Notes: generated from the sequence alone by a model not told the origin. Counted from the whole stretch's first letter, positions 40,236 through 54,600 are shown. The stretch is DNA of 62,246 bases, filler included, from Chiloscyllium plagiosum (GCF_004010195.1; 3 parts of one record of this genome joined end to end with filler, not necessarily neighbours in it); one strand, 5' to 3'. Translations and numbers: made by a program.

Positions 40236-40249
40236 ATAGGAATAAATTG

Positions 40250-41010
40250 CCAGGTGGAAATATAATGTTGTGGCTTAACAGACACTGGCTCAAAGAAGAC
40301 TATGAAATAATTCTCGGTCCCAGGTGTTTAGGAAAGGGAAAGGGAAAAAAGGGGAGTGATTAAGGAGAATATTGTTATACTGTAGAGAAATTATTTTCCA
40401 GAAAGATCATGGTAGAATCTATGTGGCTAGAGCTAAGGAACCAAAACATTTACAATTACATTGTTTGGTACAGTCTAAAATCCACCAAGTATCGAAAAAG
40501 GTATAGAGCAACAAATTTGCAAGTGAATTACATAGAGGTGGAAGAATTATGGTGTAGTTGCAATGGATATTTTAATTATCTGAGGTAGACCATAACATTC
40601 ATATTGTAAAGATCGGAGAGGAGTAATGCAACCCAGAAATGTTTTACATCAAGATGTTTACAGTCGAACAAGAAAGGAGACAATGATAGACCTGTTTCTT
40701 GGAAGAGTTGGGTCAAGTGGATCAAATGGTAGAGATGCACACTTAGGGAGCTGTGTTTTGTAACTTTTAGGATTACTATGGAAAAGGTCAAGGAGCAATC
40801 AGAGTTAGAATAGTTCATTGAGGGAGAGCCAACTTCAATGGGGTATGAATGGACCTGGGCCAGATAAATTGGAATCAAAGGCTGGGAGGAAAACAAGACT
40901 CCCTTTAAGGAAGAGATAGTTCTGGCACAGTCAAAGTTTATTTCCATGAGGGGAAATGTAGGAAAACCAAAAACCAACGCTTCTTGTATGACCAAACAGA
41001 TAAGAGATTT
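40250..41010 (+). mobile_element. Old CR1 endonuclease fragment
   Basis: Degenerate acagacactggctc (TETWL-like) and gtggctagagctaaggaac (WLELRN) segments. Confidence 0.55.
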
Positions 41011-41174
41011 AATATACGTAGGACATATACCAGTTAGTTGGTTGACTAACTGGTTTGTACTGTAGAGTGCTGCCAATAGCATAGGTTCAACCCCTGCATT
41101 GGTTGCAGTTACCATGAAAGTCCCTCCTTTTCAGCCTCTTCTCTTGCCTGAGCTGAGGTGACCCATTATCTTTC

Positions 41175-41722
41175 TTTTCTTCAGGAATGAGGAAAGTTTG
41201 TCCAGCAGGCTAAGATAAAAGGTAGGGAGGAGGGACTTGGGGGAGGGGCGTCGGAAATGTGATAGGTGGAAAGAGGTCAAGGTGAGGGTGATAGGTCAGA
41301 CTGGGGTGGGGGCGGAGAGGTCGGGAAGAANNNNNNNNNNNNNNNNNNNNNNNNNNNNNNNNNNNNNNNNNNNNTTAATTAATTAANNNNNNNNNNNNNN
41401 NNNNNNNNNNNNNNNNNNNNNNNNNNNNNNGTTGCTGGAAAAGCGCAGGAGGTCAGGCAGCATCTAGGGAACAGGAGAATCGACGTCTCTGGCATTAGCC
41501 CTTCTTCAGGAATGAGGAAAGTTGGTCCAGCAGGCTAAGATAAAAGATAGGGAATATGGAATATCTTAGTCTGCTGGACCAACTTTCCTCATTCCTGAAG
41601 GAGGGCTAATGCCCGAAACGTCGATTCTCCTGTTCCCTAGATGCTGCCTGACCTGCTGCGCTTTTCCAGCAACACATTTCCATCTCTGATCTCCCGCATC
41701 TGCAGACCTCACTTTCTCCTTC
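41175..41722. mobile_element. Young Penelope terminal repeats in tail-to-tail arrangement, spanning the scaffold join 41331-41430
   Basis: About 110-bp near-perfect inverted arms 41431-41541 and 41562-41672; hammerhead-like cores on both strands. Confidence 0.8.
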
Positions 41723-41759
41723 TCCAGTGATCCCCAACCTCAGATGCCAGTTTTTAGAA

Positions 41760-43275
41760 TCGTACATGTTATCAATAAATGGTTGGAGGAACTGAATACT
41801 ATAAAGGCCATGGGCCCTCACAACATTCCAGTAACACTACTGAAGACTGGTTCTCCAGAACTTGCCATTTCTCTCATCAATACACTGGCATCTACCTGAC
41901 ATTGTGGAAAATTGCCCAGGTCTGTCCTGTCTCCAAAAAGCAGGACAAATCCAACCCAGGCAAATATGGCCTCCATCAGTCTATTTTCAATCATCAGTAA
42001 AGTGATGGGATGTGCTAGCAAGCAGCACCTGCTGAACAATAACCTCAGTGCCACCTGATTTGGTTTCTGCCAGGGCCGCACAGCTCCTGACCTCATTACA
42101 GCCTTGGTTCAAACATGGACAAAACAGCTGAATTCCAGTGATGAGGTGAGAGTGAATGCCCTTGACATCAAGGCTGCATTTGACCAAGTGTGGTATCAAG
42201 AAGCCCCAGCAAAACTAGAATCAATTGGAATCAGGGGCAAATTCTCCATTTGTTGGAGTTATACCAAGCACATAGGAAGATGGTTGTGGATTTCAGAGGT
42301 CAGCTATCTCATGTCTAGGACATCTCTGCAGGAATTCCTCAGAGCAGTGTTCTAGGCCCAACTATCTTCAGCTGCTTAATCAATGACATTCTCTTCATTG
42401 TAAGGTCAGAGTTAGAATGTTTGCACAATGGTCAGCACCATTTGCAACTCCTCAGATACAGAAGTAGTCTATTTTCAAATGCAATAAGATCTGGACAATA
42501 TCCAGGCTTAGGCTGGCAATTGGCAAGTAATGTTCACCCTCCACAAATGCCAGGCAATGGCCATCTCCTTTAAAACACAATCTAACCACTATTCTTGTTG
42601 TTCAATGGTGTTACATCACTGAATCCCTCACTATCAACAGCCTATGGGTTTATATTGACCAGAAGTTCAACTGGACTAACCATATTAAGATAATGGTTAT
42701 AACAGCAGGTCACAGATTAGAAATGTTGTAGCGAGTAGCTCATCTCCTGGCTCCCCAAAGCCTGCCCACCTCTACAAGACCACAATTCAGGAGTGTCATG
42801 GAAATCTCCTGACTTGCTTGGAATACTCCAGACACCATCCAGGACAAAGTAGCCTGCTTAATTGGCATTACCTCCACAAGCAGCCACTCCCTCCACCACT
42901 GATGCTCAATAGCAGCAGAGTATACTATCTACGAGGTGCCTGCAGCAATTCAGCAAGGATCCTTAGACAGGATCTTCCAAACCCATTATCACTTCCATCT
43001 AGAAAGACAAGGGCAGCACATATCTTGGAAAACCATGACCTGAAACATCCCCTCCAAGCCATGCATCATCCTGACTTGGAAATATAGCGCTGTTCCTTCA
43101 GTGTTGCTTCAAAATCCTGGAGTTCGCTCCCTAAGAACATTATGGGTCTAGTTATAACACATAGACTGCGGTGGTTCAAGAAAGCAGCTCGCTACCATCT
43201 TCTCAAGGGCAACTAGGGACAGGCAATAAATGCTGGCAACTTAATGACAACCACTTCCCACGAGTGAAGAAATCT
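41760..43275 (+). mobile_element. CR1/L2-group LINE (second family), RT to 3' end
   Basis: WKIAQVCPVSKKQDKSNP, ALDIKAAFDQVW; 3' end gggcaactagggacaggcaataaatgctggc. Confidence 0.8.
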
Positions 43276-43302
43276 TTAAAGACCCTCTGTGCTGCACTTT
43301 TT

Positions 43303-45260
43303 CATAGAGTGATAAAGATGTACAACACTGAAACAGACCCTTCAGTCCAACTCATCCATGCTAACCAGATATCCTAACTTAATCTAGTCCCATTTGCCAC
43401 CACTTGACCAAATCCCTCTAATCACTTCCTATTCAAATACCCATCCAGATGCCTTTTAAATATTGCAATTGTACTAGCCTCCACCACTTCCTCTGGCAGC
43501 TCATTCCATACATGCACCACCCTCTGCATGAAAAGGTGCCCCTTAGATCCTTTCTATATCTTTCCTCTCTCACCCTAAACCTATGCCCTCTAGTTCTGGA
43601 CTCCCCCATCTCAGGGAAAAGACTTCATCTATTTATTTTATCCATGACCCTCATGATTTTATAAACCTCTATATGGTCACCCCTCAGTCTCTGACGCTCC
43701 AGGGAAAACAGCCCCAGATTGTTCAGCCTTTCCCTCTAGCTCAAATCTTCCAACAAAGGCAACATCTTTGTACCTCTTTTCTGAACCCTTTCAAGTTTCA
43801 CAACATCCTTCCGATAGGATCTTTCCATTTAAATAATTGCTGACTTGTCATTCTTCAGACCAAAGTGCATGAGGTCCCACTTTATGACATTAATCTGCAT
43901 CTGCCAAGTTCTTTCCCACTCATTCAACATATCTATATCCCTTGCAGATTCCTTATGTCCTCATCAGACTCCACTTTCAAAGAACTATGAACCTGCACTC
44001 CAAGGACCCGTTGTTCAGCAACAGTCTCCAGGACTTAACCATTAAGTTTATATATTCTTCCCTGATTTGCCTTTCCAAAATGCAACACCTCACATTTATC
44101 TAAATTAAACTCCATCTGCCACTCCTCAGGTCATTGGCTCATCTGATCAAGATCCTGTTGTAACCATCTTCGCTGTCCATTACCCCTCCAATGTTGATGT
44201 CATCTGCAAACTTACTAACCATACCTACAATATTCACATCCAAATGATTTATATAAATGACGAAAAACAGTGGACCCAGCACTGATCATTGTGACACACC
44301 TAGTCACAGACCTCCAGTATGAAAAGCAATTATTCACCACCAACTTCTGTCTTCTACCTTCGATACAGTTCTCTATACAAATAGCTAGATCTCCCTATAT
44401 TGTCTGACCTAACCTTGATAATCAGTCTACCATGTGGATCCTTGACAAACACTTTATTCAAGTCCATATTGATCATGTCCACCAATCTGCCATCATCCAT
44501 CCTCTTTGTTACTTCTTCAAAAAACTCAATCAAATTAATGAGACATGATTTCCCACATACAAACCATGTTGACTGTCCCTAACCAGTCCTTGCCTTTCCA
44601 AATACATGTACATCCTGTTCCTCAGGATTCCCTCCAATGACATGCTCATCACCATTATCAGGCTCATCAGTCTCTACTTCCCTGGCTTTTCCTTACCACT
44701 GTTCTTAATTAGTTGCACCACATTAGCCAACATACGGTCTTCCAGCACCTCACCTGTGCCTAGCGATGTTACAAATATCTCATCAAGGGGCCCAGCAATC
44801 TCTTCCCTAGCTTCCCACAGAGTTCTAGGCTACACTTGATCAGGTCCTGGGGATTTATTCACCTTTATGCCTTTTAAGAACTCTAGCACTTCTTCCTCTA
44901 TAACATGGACATTTTTCAAGATGTCGCTAATTATTTTCCCATGTTCTCTATCTTTCATATCCTTCCCCACAGTAAACACTGATGCAAAATACTCATTTAG
45001 TATCCCTGCATCTCCTGTAATTCCACATATAGGTGGCGTTGCTGATCTTTAGGGGGGTATATTCTCTCCCTAGATACCCTTCTTTCCTTAATGTGTTTGT
45101 AGAATCTCTTTGGATTCTCCTTTAATTCTATTTGCCAACGTTATCTTGCCACCTGAGTTCCCTATTAAGTATACTTAGATTGCTTTTATACTCTTCTAGG
45201 GAATCACTTAATTTCTACTGTCTATATCTATTATATGCTTCCTTCTTATTCTTGACCATC
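43303..45260 (-). mobile_element. CR1 RT to 3' end
   Basis: tcatctgcaaacttact (KFADD on minus strand), HER1-like 3' UTR at 43303-43520. Confidence 0.85.
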
Positions 45261-45549
45261 TTTTAAAACCTAGAGTGAAAATCATCTGTTCCTGGCAATT
45301 GGTTATGCTTGAGTGCCATAATTTTCTTTGTAACCATTATTTTAATCTTTGAGACTCTGATCCTGTTTAAATGTTATGTACTTTGGATTGTCTGCACGCT
45401 CTCCTCTTTCTCCACTACAAATGTCAATGCAAAGTAATGATGCACCAAACTGATATTTGCTTTTCGACTATCATTATTGTCATAATTAAGGAGATCACAT
45501 TGCTCTAAAGCATTCTCTTTTTCTGAAATTAATTATAAAAATTGTTCAC

Positions 45550-47000
45550 ATAGATCATGATTTCTCTCATATGTTTCATTTTATAATCCCCTTTTGTAAT
45601 TCTTACTAACTATTCTGTCATCCTTTGCTGATTTTTGTATCATTCTCATTCACCAGGATCTATGTCATTTATTTTTGCATTATATATTTCTTTCTTTTTG
45701 TTTCATGTTTTCTCTCACCTCTTTATTCATCCATGATTGGCTTTTCTGGCAAGTAGAGTTTGCATCCCCTGGAGATATAATCATGTTCTCTCACATTAAG
45801 TTTTTTTTTGAACAGTTTCAATCGATACTGTCATCTGGCCCATTAACAGATCTGCTCAATTTACTGTATTCTTAATATCTGTTTCGTGTTTCTCCTTTTT
45901 AAACATCACATTGAACTCAATCATACGATTGTTATTATACAAATGTCACTGCACTGTTAGGCTGTTGGTCCAGAAAACTATCCCAGAAATACTTGAGAAA
46001 TTCGTAAATTTTTTGATTGTCTTGCCACATGCTAGTCTGTTTAGTTCAATCTCAGTTAAAATCCCTCATTATCACTGCTTTAGTACTAATTTCAACATTT
46101 AGAAAGGAGGTAATATACTCAACTTCCACTTCAGTCTTAACTTCTCACGTTCCCTATTTCACCCATAAAGTCTACTCTGCCTGCCCATTACTCGTTGTAC
46201 CCTCTTTTCATTGGAACTCAATCATGACTCTAATTCTCCTCCTCTAACTTTTTCCATATCTTTCTTGTACCTCTAGAACCTGATATCAGGTACATGATAT
46301 CAGGTCTTGATACTCTGGCAACCATGCCCACCTTACCATACTGCCCAGGTGAATTTGCTTTTGCAATTCATTCATTTTTATAAAAATTGTTTATTTGAGC
46401 CACAAGGTTTAACGTACCCTTTGATTCTAATGTTTTTCTTACTCATTACTAATCCTGGTTTAATTAATTTGCACGTTTTACTTTTTCTTTTACCTGTAGT
46501 GTCTGTAGCGCCTGTAGTGCCTACAACAGAACTTGTACACTCTCTTCACTTTTGTTTCTAAAGTATTATATACATGACTTTGTTTTTCCTCCAAGCTCAT
46601 CCACATTACCTATTTAAAGACCTCCTGATTGCCCAAATCATTCTTAGATTGGGATTCCAGTCCCAGTCGGATTCATGTGACATCTTTCCCAACAAAACAG
46701 TTCCATCCTGTCCCATCACTGACAATAATGTGCCACAAAATGGAATTTATTTTTCCCACAATGCTCCTCCAGCTATTTGTTAACTTCCTTAACCTGCTTC
46801 TCCTATATCAACATGTTACATAGCCTGGATATCTTTGATGTCCTGTACTTTAAGTTAATTCATTGTACTTGCCTACTTTTTGCTATGTTGTTTTGTCTCA
46901 GTTTGGGCCATAACAATGAATTTTTTCTGTTCCCCCTCCAATGTCCTTTCAAGCCAATTTGAAATGTTCCTCACTCTGACACCAGGAAGGCAACTAACAT
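45550..47000 (-). mobile_element. Old CR1 5'/endonuclease remnant
   Basis: Weak resemblance (aaatccctcattatcact = VIMRDF on minus strand); heavily decayed. Confidence 0.4.
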
Positions 47001-47137
47001 ATAAGATGTTTGATCCTGCTTGCACATTATTTTCTTCGCACGTTATTTGCAAAATAAAATTGCTTCAGGAGAAAGATAAGTGGTGATATATGTGTAATCA
47101 GTACAAATTTGTGTGCAACTTTACAAGAAAATTTATA

Positions 47138-47258
47138 TAGGAGAAAGTGAGGACTGCAGATTCTGGTTGAGAGAATGGTGCTGGAAAAGAACAACGGGTC
47201 AGGCAGCATCCGATGAACAGGAGAATCGACATTTCAGGCATAAGCCCTTCATCAGGAA
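47138..47258 (-). mobile_element. Penelope terminal-repeat fragment with hammerhead core
   Basis: Minus strand CTGATGA-A-GGGC-TTAT-GCCT-GAAA-TGTC-GATT at 47255-47224. Confidence 0.75.
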
Positions 47259-48584
47259 AAATTGTATGAGTGCTTGTAGCTACATAGGATAAAGCAATAG
47301 TGTGTATAAATGTTTTATGATCATAAACCAAATCATAATATTTTTACTTTATAGTTATATTATTCCAAGAGGAAGTTCTAATGACTTTCCATTGTAGATC
47401 TTCAACTACTTAATCTCCCCTTTCTTTTGTTCATTATAACTCAAAAATTGAGTTGGGAAATACAGTTGAGAAATTGATTTTATGCAAAGAATTGATATGA
47501 TCGGGGAAGTGTCTCTGGGTTATGCAAGACTGAGTTCTGAAACTGGGTCCAAATTGAGCTTTCAGGCTTTGCTTTAACTAAAAATGCTCAGGAATAGATA
47601 TGAGACAATTTAGCTGCCAGTCTTGGTCTCCTTAAAACTCAGCTGGCTCAGCCTTTGAACCAGCTTGCAGTTAGGTCCTGGAGAAGAGACATGTCTTGGA
47701 GAGAGGTGAACGTGAGCTACCAGTGGCCCACAGTTTTCTGCTCCTTCTGGCTCCACACTAAGGTTGGTAAACACAAAGAAACTTATTGTTTCATCAATGG
47801 CCTCAAATAGTCATTTTAAAGAATTGTATTCAATTGTCTGTAAATCCAAATAATGGAACAGAGCCCATAGCATGTAAACAAAACTTCTAGAAAAAGAAGC
47901 CAGAGGTGAAGCATGAGTTGAATTTTTAAAACATTGTAAACAAAAATAAATTATTTCATGCATTGAAACCAATTGCATCCTTGTGTAGATCTAAGATACG
48001 TATAATCTATAACAATGAAGAGAGAGAAATGCCTGGAATTTCATCATCCAAATGAACACATATGAGGAGAACCAATTATTACTCTGTTTTGCTTGAGGAC
48101 TGGAATGCAGAATTGACCTAACATTAAAATAATGGATGCTGGCCTTTACATTTGGAAGGAGAAATACAATGGGTAGAAAGTTATGCAAAAATAAAGAACT
48201 TGTGACCTAATGTTACAATAAAAACACTGAAGTACAGATCTGATAGCATCTGTGCAAAGTGTAACAAGAATTAATCAAGTTCTTATGGACAATCACAGAC
48301 TTGAAATGTGAACATTGTTTCTCTCTAGGTAGAATTCATGCTTCAGTAATACAAAACCCTTGTAACACCACACTGACAGTATTGTGAATACATCTGGGCA
48401 TCACTCCTTAAGGGGGATACAGTGACCTTGAAGGGCAGTACCATAGATTTACTAGAACACTTGGGCATGAACAATTAAATTAAGAGGAAATATTAAATAG
48501 CCAAGGTTTGTATTAACTCAAAATTAGAAGGTTAACAGTTGATTTGATTGAGGTTTAAATAAATCAAGGGAACAGATGAAATAG

Positions 48585-48808
48585 ACAAAAAAAAACAAAA
48601 GAACTGTGGAAAGCTGAAACAAAAGTAGAAATTTCTGCAAAATCTCAGCAGATCTGGCAGCATCTGTGGAGAGAAATCAAAGCTAACATTTTGGGTCGAG
48701 TGACCCTTCTTCAGAACATTTCGGGTCACTAGAACCAAAACATTAACTCTGATTTCTTTCCACAGATGCTGCCAGATCTGCTGTGATTTTCCAGCAATTT
48801 CTGTTTCT
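48585..48808. mobile_element. Penelope-type tail-to-tail hairpin insertion with TSD
   Basis: Inverted arms of about 90 bp; flanks ggaacagatgaaatag (48569-48584) and ggaacagataaagtag (48809-48824). Confidence 0.8.
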
Positions 48809-49069
48809 GGAACAGATAAAGTAGTTTGAGAGAAACTATTTCTGTTAGTTTTATGGCCAAGGGTATAACCTAAAAACCAGTCCCTGATCTGACAGAAGCA
48901 AATTAGTAAATATTTATACTCACAAAAGGTGGTAGAAGTTGAGTGCTGTTCTATAAACTGTAATTGATACTAGATTGATTATTAATTGCAAAACTAAGAT
49001 TGATAGGTTTTTGTTAGCCAAAGGTGCCCATGGATATGGTTTAAAAGATGGTCAATAAAGGGTCAAAAA

Positions 49070-50100
49070 ACAGAGCAAAGTTATAGGTCATGAAATAAAA
49101 GGAACTGGAACAATGTGACTCTAAAATTGAGAGATTAGAAAGCAGAGAGTAATGTTAATTGATACTTTTGGGACTGGAAGAAAGTTTGTAATGCAGTTCC
49201 CCTGGAGTTTTAATTGGCAGCCCTGCTTCTCTGGAGTATAAATGATCTCTACCTTAGTGTGCAGATAAGAATTTCAAAATTTGCAGACTACAAAACTTGG
49301 GAGAATTGCAAATTATGAGGACAGTAGAAATTGGTGGAGTGGGCTGATAGGTGGCAGTTGAGGTTCAATTTGGAGAAGTATGAGGTGATACACTTTGATA
49401 CAAAGAACATGGGGGAACAATATAAAATATAGGGTGCTATTCAAATGGGCATGAAGGAGCAAAGAAGCCTGCGAATAAACATAACTTAAGTCATTAAAAG
49501 TAGCAGTTTAGGCAGAAAGAGGTGTTAATCAGAATACGGTATTCTAGGCTTCATTAGTAGAAGTACGGAATACAAAAAACAGGGAATTAATGATGAACTT
49601 CAGTTATGAGGATAGCTTGGAGAACTCCAAGTTGTTTTCCTTGGAAAGAAGCGAGCTAAGAAGAGATTTGACAGATATGTTCAAATCCATGATTTCCCTG
49701 TAAAGAAAAGATAGATAAAACTGTTCCTGCTCATAAATGGATCAAACATCAAAGGACACAATTCTAAAGTATTTTGCAAACTAATTAAGTGTGAGGTGAG
49801 CTGTTAGAGTCTGGATTGCGATGTCTGAAGGTATGGCAGAGACAAGTTCAATTGAGAGCATTGAATAATTGTTTAAATTGAACCAATGTGTAGGAAATCA
49901 GCACTGAATTAAGTTGTTCCAAAAGCTGGTGCAGACTCCATAGACTCCATAGACCGAATGTCTTTCTTCTGCACTGTTATGAATCCGTGACTCTGGAACG
50001 AAAGAACCAGATGAAGTTAATCTACAAATCAACATGATCTGATTTAACGAAGGAATAGATTACAATGTCTAAAGTGCTTATTCCTGTTCCATACGTTTTT
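49070..50100 (+). mobile_element. Old CR1 RT/3' fragments
   Basis: tcaaaatttgcagac (SKFAD), gagtgggctgataggtggcag (WADRWQ), degenerate 3' UTR. Confidence 0.65.
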
Positions 50101-50905
50101 AGGGAGAAAAAGATAAAGATTGCCTCATACTATCATGGCTAGAGCATCTTGGCTCCCCAACCATCCCATCTCCCAAGTCACCACATCCGTACAGTCTCCT
50201 GGGGCAAATATTCAGAAAAAGAACCCAAGTTTTGAAAAGGCCCTTTGCTTTAATTAAATTTCCTCTGCATTTTCCTAATCAATCACAATATTCTGTTTTA
50301 CCATCTCTCCTCCTTCTGATCATCAAGACTTCATTCTGCTTCAGACTGCTTTTATATTGGGATCATTTTTCTATGTATTGGGTTGCCCCATAAACTTTTG
50401 CCAAGTCTTCAATTACTTTCGTAAAGTTAATCTTCTTAAAAATATTAAATTGGTTTAATTTACATTGCAACCTGAATTCATTTGTTATTGTTAACCATTA
50501 TTTGGGTTGTATGATTTTCTCCACTTTTTGATTATTTGTTAGGTAATTCAAATTATTATCGCAGACACTGCCTATTATCTTTTTCATTGAAAAAAATGTA
50601 TACACAAATAAATCTTCAGATAGAACAGGTCTTGAAATAATCAAATTCCATACAGAAATAAGCTTCTCTATATCTTTCAGATTAGTTTATAGTTAGTTAT
50701 CTTTCATTTGTACTCTGGGAAGGATCTAGTACTCAGCGGTACGTGTTAATTTGATATAATGATGTTGCACTGTATTACCCTCCATACAAAAACAACAATT
50801 ATATATTACACTAGTAAAGGTGTAAATGATAAGAATGGGAAACATAAAGTACCAATAATAATTAAGCCATGAAAGTAAATTTGCATGCAGAAATTACATT
50901 TATTA

Positions 50906-51205
50906 TTAGATTAGATTCCCGACAGTGTAGAAACAGGCCCTTTGGCCCAACAAGTCCACACCAACCTTCTGAAGAGTAACCCATCCCCCTAACTAATGCA
51001 CCTAACACTATGGGCAATTTAGCATGGCCAATTCACCTAACCTGCACATCTTTGGACTGTGGGAGGAAACCAGAGCACCCGGAGGAAACCCACACAGACA
51101 CGGAGAGTATGTGCAAACTCCACACAGACAGTTGCCCAAGGTGGGAATTGAACCCAGGTCCCTGGCACTGTGAGGCAGCAGTGCTAACCACTGAGCCACT
51201 GTGCT
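50906..51205 (-). mobile_element. HE1 SINE
   Basis: Full head, V-domain and (tctaa)n tail. Confidence 0.9.
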
Positions 51206-51249
51206 GCATGATATTGTGGGCTTGTAAGACCCAAGCTGAGTAGAAGACA

Positions 51250-52900
51250 TGAATGATACATGTGAACATATGAATCAGAAGGAGGAGCAAGCCTCTTAGC
51301 CCCTCAAGCCTGCTCTTCCATTCAATAAGATCATGATCTGATTTCTCCACATTCCTGCTTACCACCAATAGCCCTTCAATCCTTTGCTGATTAAGTAGCT
51401 ATTTATCCCTGCCTTAAAATATTCAAGGACTCTGCTTCCATTCCCTTTTGAGGAAGAGGATCCAAAAGATTTGTGAGTTTCTATGAGAAAAACAAAACTC
51501 CTCATGCTGTCTTAAATGCATGACCTCATACTTTTATATCTGTCAGGTAGGGCTCCCTGATTAAGACTAACTTAACAGCCCCAATCAGGGAACTCATATT
51601 CTATGAGGTCCACCTGGCTGACGTCATTCCAATCATGGCTCATATACTTTTAGACTTGCTTGCTGTACTGAAGTACTAACCTTTATGCAATTCATACAGT
51701 AGGATACCCATAGCCTTCTGCATCTCAGATCTCTGCAACGTTTCATCATTTTGTCATCTTACAGTCCATTCACCACATCTTTGCCCACTCATTTAACCTA
51801 TCCATGTCCCTTTATTGCCTTCTTATTTCTTCTTCACAACTTACTTTGCTAGTTAGTTTTGTGTCAACAACAAATTAAGCAAGCATACATTTGAACACTT
51901 CATCCAAGACATAATAGGAAACTGTAAAATGTTGAGACACCAGCATTGATCTCTGTGGCAGATCACTCATTACAACTTCCTAATCAGAAAATGATGTATT
52001 TATACCTAACTTTCTTTCCTGTTAGCTGGCCAGTCTTTTATCCTTATGTCACCCCTTACACCTTGAGCTTTATTTTCTGCAATAAACTTTAATGTGACAA
52101 CTGGAAATACCTTCTGGAAATCAAAATGCAGTATGTCTACAAGTTCCACTTTATTCACAGCTTCCTCAAGGAACTCCAAAAACTAGTTAAATGCCAATTT
52201 CTGCTCCAAAAACCATGTTAACTCTGCTTGATTACCTTGAACCTTTCTAAGTGCTCTATTATAATATCATTACTAAGAGGTTGCAACATCTTCCCTAGGA
52301 CATATTAAGCTAATTGGCCTATAATTTTGTGCTTTCTGTCTCTTTCCATTTTGAACAGAAAAGTTACATTTGCTATCTTCCAGTGTATTGAACTCTTCCC
52401 CAAATCTGAGCAATTTTGGAAGATTGAAACTAAAACTTCAGCTATCTCACTTAGCCACTTCTTTTAAGACCTACCAATAGTGTCCATCAAGAGGCAGGGA
52501 TTTTCAGCCTGCAGCTCCAACAATATTGCTCAATGCCATGTATCTCATGCTTGTAATATTCTTGAGGTTTTCCTCTCTTCTATTTTCTGATTTACAGCTA
52601 TATCTAGGGTATTACTTGTATCCTCAATAGCGAAAAACAGAGCAATATACCGCTTCACTTCATCTACTGTCTCATTATTTTCCATTCTCTCGCTTCATGT
52701 TTTAGAGGACCAATGCTCACTTCTTTGACAACTTCCTTTTGAAACTATGGATAGAGATTCTTACTCTCTGCTTATACTTCTTGTTGTCTTGATATCAAAT
52801 TTTACCTCTTATAATTTTGGTTTTAGCTTTTCTTTGATATTTCTACCAAATCTTCTGGCCTGCCATCCATTTTCATGCAATCATTTGCTTTTTCTTGAAA
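51250..52900 (-). mobile_element. Old CR1 RT and 3' end
   Basis: 3' UTR like 11872-12110 in reverse; aagctaattggcctataatt (NYRPISL on minus strand). Confidence 0.65.
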
Positions 52901-52929
52901 TTTTGTTATTATGGTGCATTTAGTTTGAC

Positions 52930-54600
52930 ATTAAGTTTGAGGATTTGGATTCTGGGTTATCCAAAATGGAGGATAGGAAAATTTCTGGCTGTAACAGCTG
53001 CTCCTTTCTTGAGGCATTTTAGGTGTTGCAGATGATTTCCTCAAATTCCAGGAGCAGAAATTACTGTTTTATATGCTGTTGCCTTGTTTTGGAACTTCGG
53101 AGAAAAAAAAGTCAAAACATCAGCAGTTTTAAAAGGGAGAAGAACAGGTAAAGGAAGCACATGATGATGTCAGTGCAGGAGAGAGAGAGAGAGAGAGAGA
53201 AAGAAACTGACACCGCAGTGAATTTGCACAGTAACTGCCTTTGCTGTTTGAATTCATGGGTATTGCTGGGAAAATTAACAAATAGTGAAATTCACAACTG
53301 ATCTTGGAGGGACCTGTTTGGGAGAGGTCACAGCACAGAAACAGAAGTGAATATTTAAACATGGCCTCACAGTAAGTCTGTAATAGTGAGTAGAGTGGGT
53401 TCTTCCTTGATTATATGTTTTTTGAGATATATCTCTTGATTAAACTAAAAATATAAGCCATAACTATTAATTTAAACGAGAGAAGTGTTTTGTAGAGGAA
53501 TAAGACAGTGATATTTTCTGGGTCTGTAAATTGTGAAGGAGCAAAAATGGACTTTAGTAGAGTGATATGCTCTTCTTGCCAGATGTGGGAGTTTAGGGAG
53601 AGTTTATAGGTTACTGCGGTTTATATCTACAATAAATGCCGTTGGTTGAGAATCCTATCAGATCGAATGGATCGGTTGGAGTGACAATTAGAGGCAATGA
53701 GGAATTTGCAGGAGCAAGGGGATGCGATGAATGACATGTATAGGAAGGGGAAAAAAACACAGATTCAGTCACATAGATGGGTAAACTCCAGGAAAGGTAA
53801 GAGAGGTAGGCAGTTAGTACAGAAGTCTTCTGTGGCTATCCCCATTTCAAATAAGTATGCTGCTTTGGAAAATGTAGGGGATGGTGGATTCTCAGGGGAA
53901 AGTAGCATGAACAGCTACATTTCTGGTATTGAGACTGGTTCTAATGAAATGAGGAGTACATCGGGTTCCAAGCGATCAATTGCGTTAGGGGACTCTCTGT
54001 TCTGAGGTACAGGCAGATGTTTCTGTGGCCAGCAGCGAAAGATCAGAATGGTGTGTTGTTTCCCTGGTGCCATGCTCAAGGATGTCTCAGAGAGGGTGCA
54101 GTATGTTCTCAAGGGGGAGAGGGACCAGGAGGAGGTCATTGTACACAGTGGAACTAATGACATAGGAAGGGAAAAGGCTGAGATTCTGAAGGGAGATTAC
54201 AGAGAGTTAAGCAGGAATTTAAAAATGAGTTCCTTGAGAGTAGTAATATCTGGATTACTCTCAGTGCTACGAGCTAGTGATGGCAGGAACAGGAGGTTAG
54301 AACAGATGAGTGCATGGTTGAGGAGCTGGTGTATGGGAGAAGGATCCATATTTTTGGATCAATGGAATCTGTTTTCGGGTAGAAGTGACCTAGACATGAA
54401 GGACAGATTGCACCGAATTTGGAAGGGGACTAATACACTGGCAGGGAGAATGGCTAGAGCTGCTTGGAAGGATTTAAATTAGTAAGGTGGAAGTGGTAGT
54501 GGGGGGGCGGGTAGCGGGTGACACCCAGGGAGATAGTGAGGAAAGGGATCAATCTGAGACTGGTACAGTTGAGAACAGAAGCGAGTCAAACAGTCAGGTC
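52930..54600 (+). mobile_element. CR1 5' part: 5' UTR and ORF1 (zinc finger, coiled coil, SGNH esterase) with stops
   Basis: ATG at 53547 MDFSRVICSSCQMWE; IALGDS; VIVHSGTND; VVISGLL; D.LH; homologous to 289-1737. Confidence 0.85.

Noticed and set aside
41030..41165. Possible additional tRNA-derived SINE
   Set aside because: Only a ggttcaacccc B-box-like motif and vague resemblance; too weak to list as a feature.
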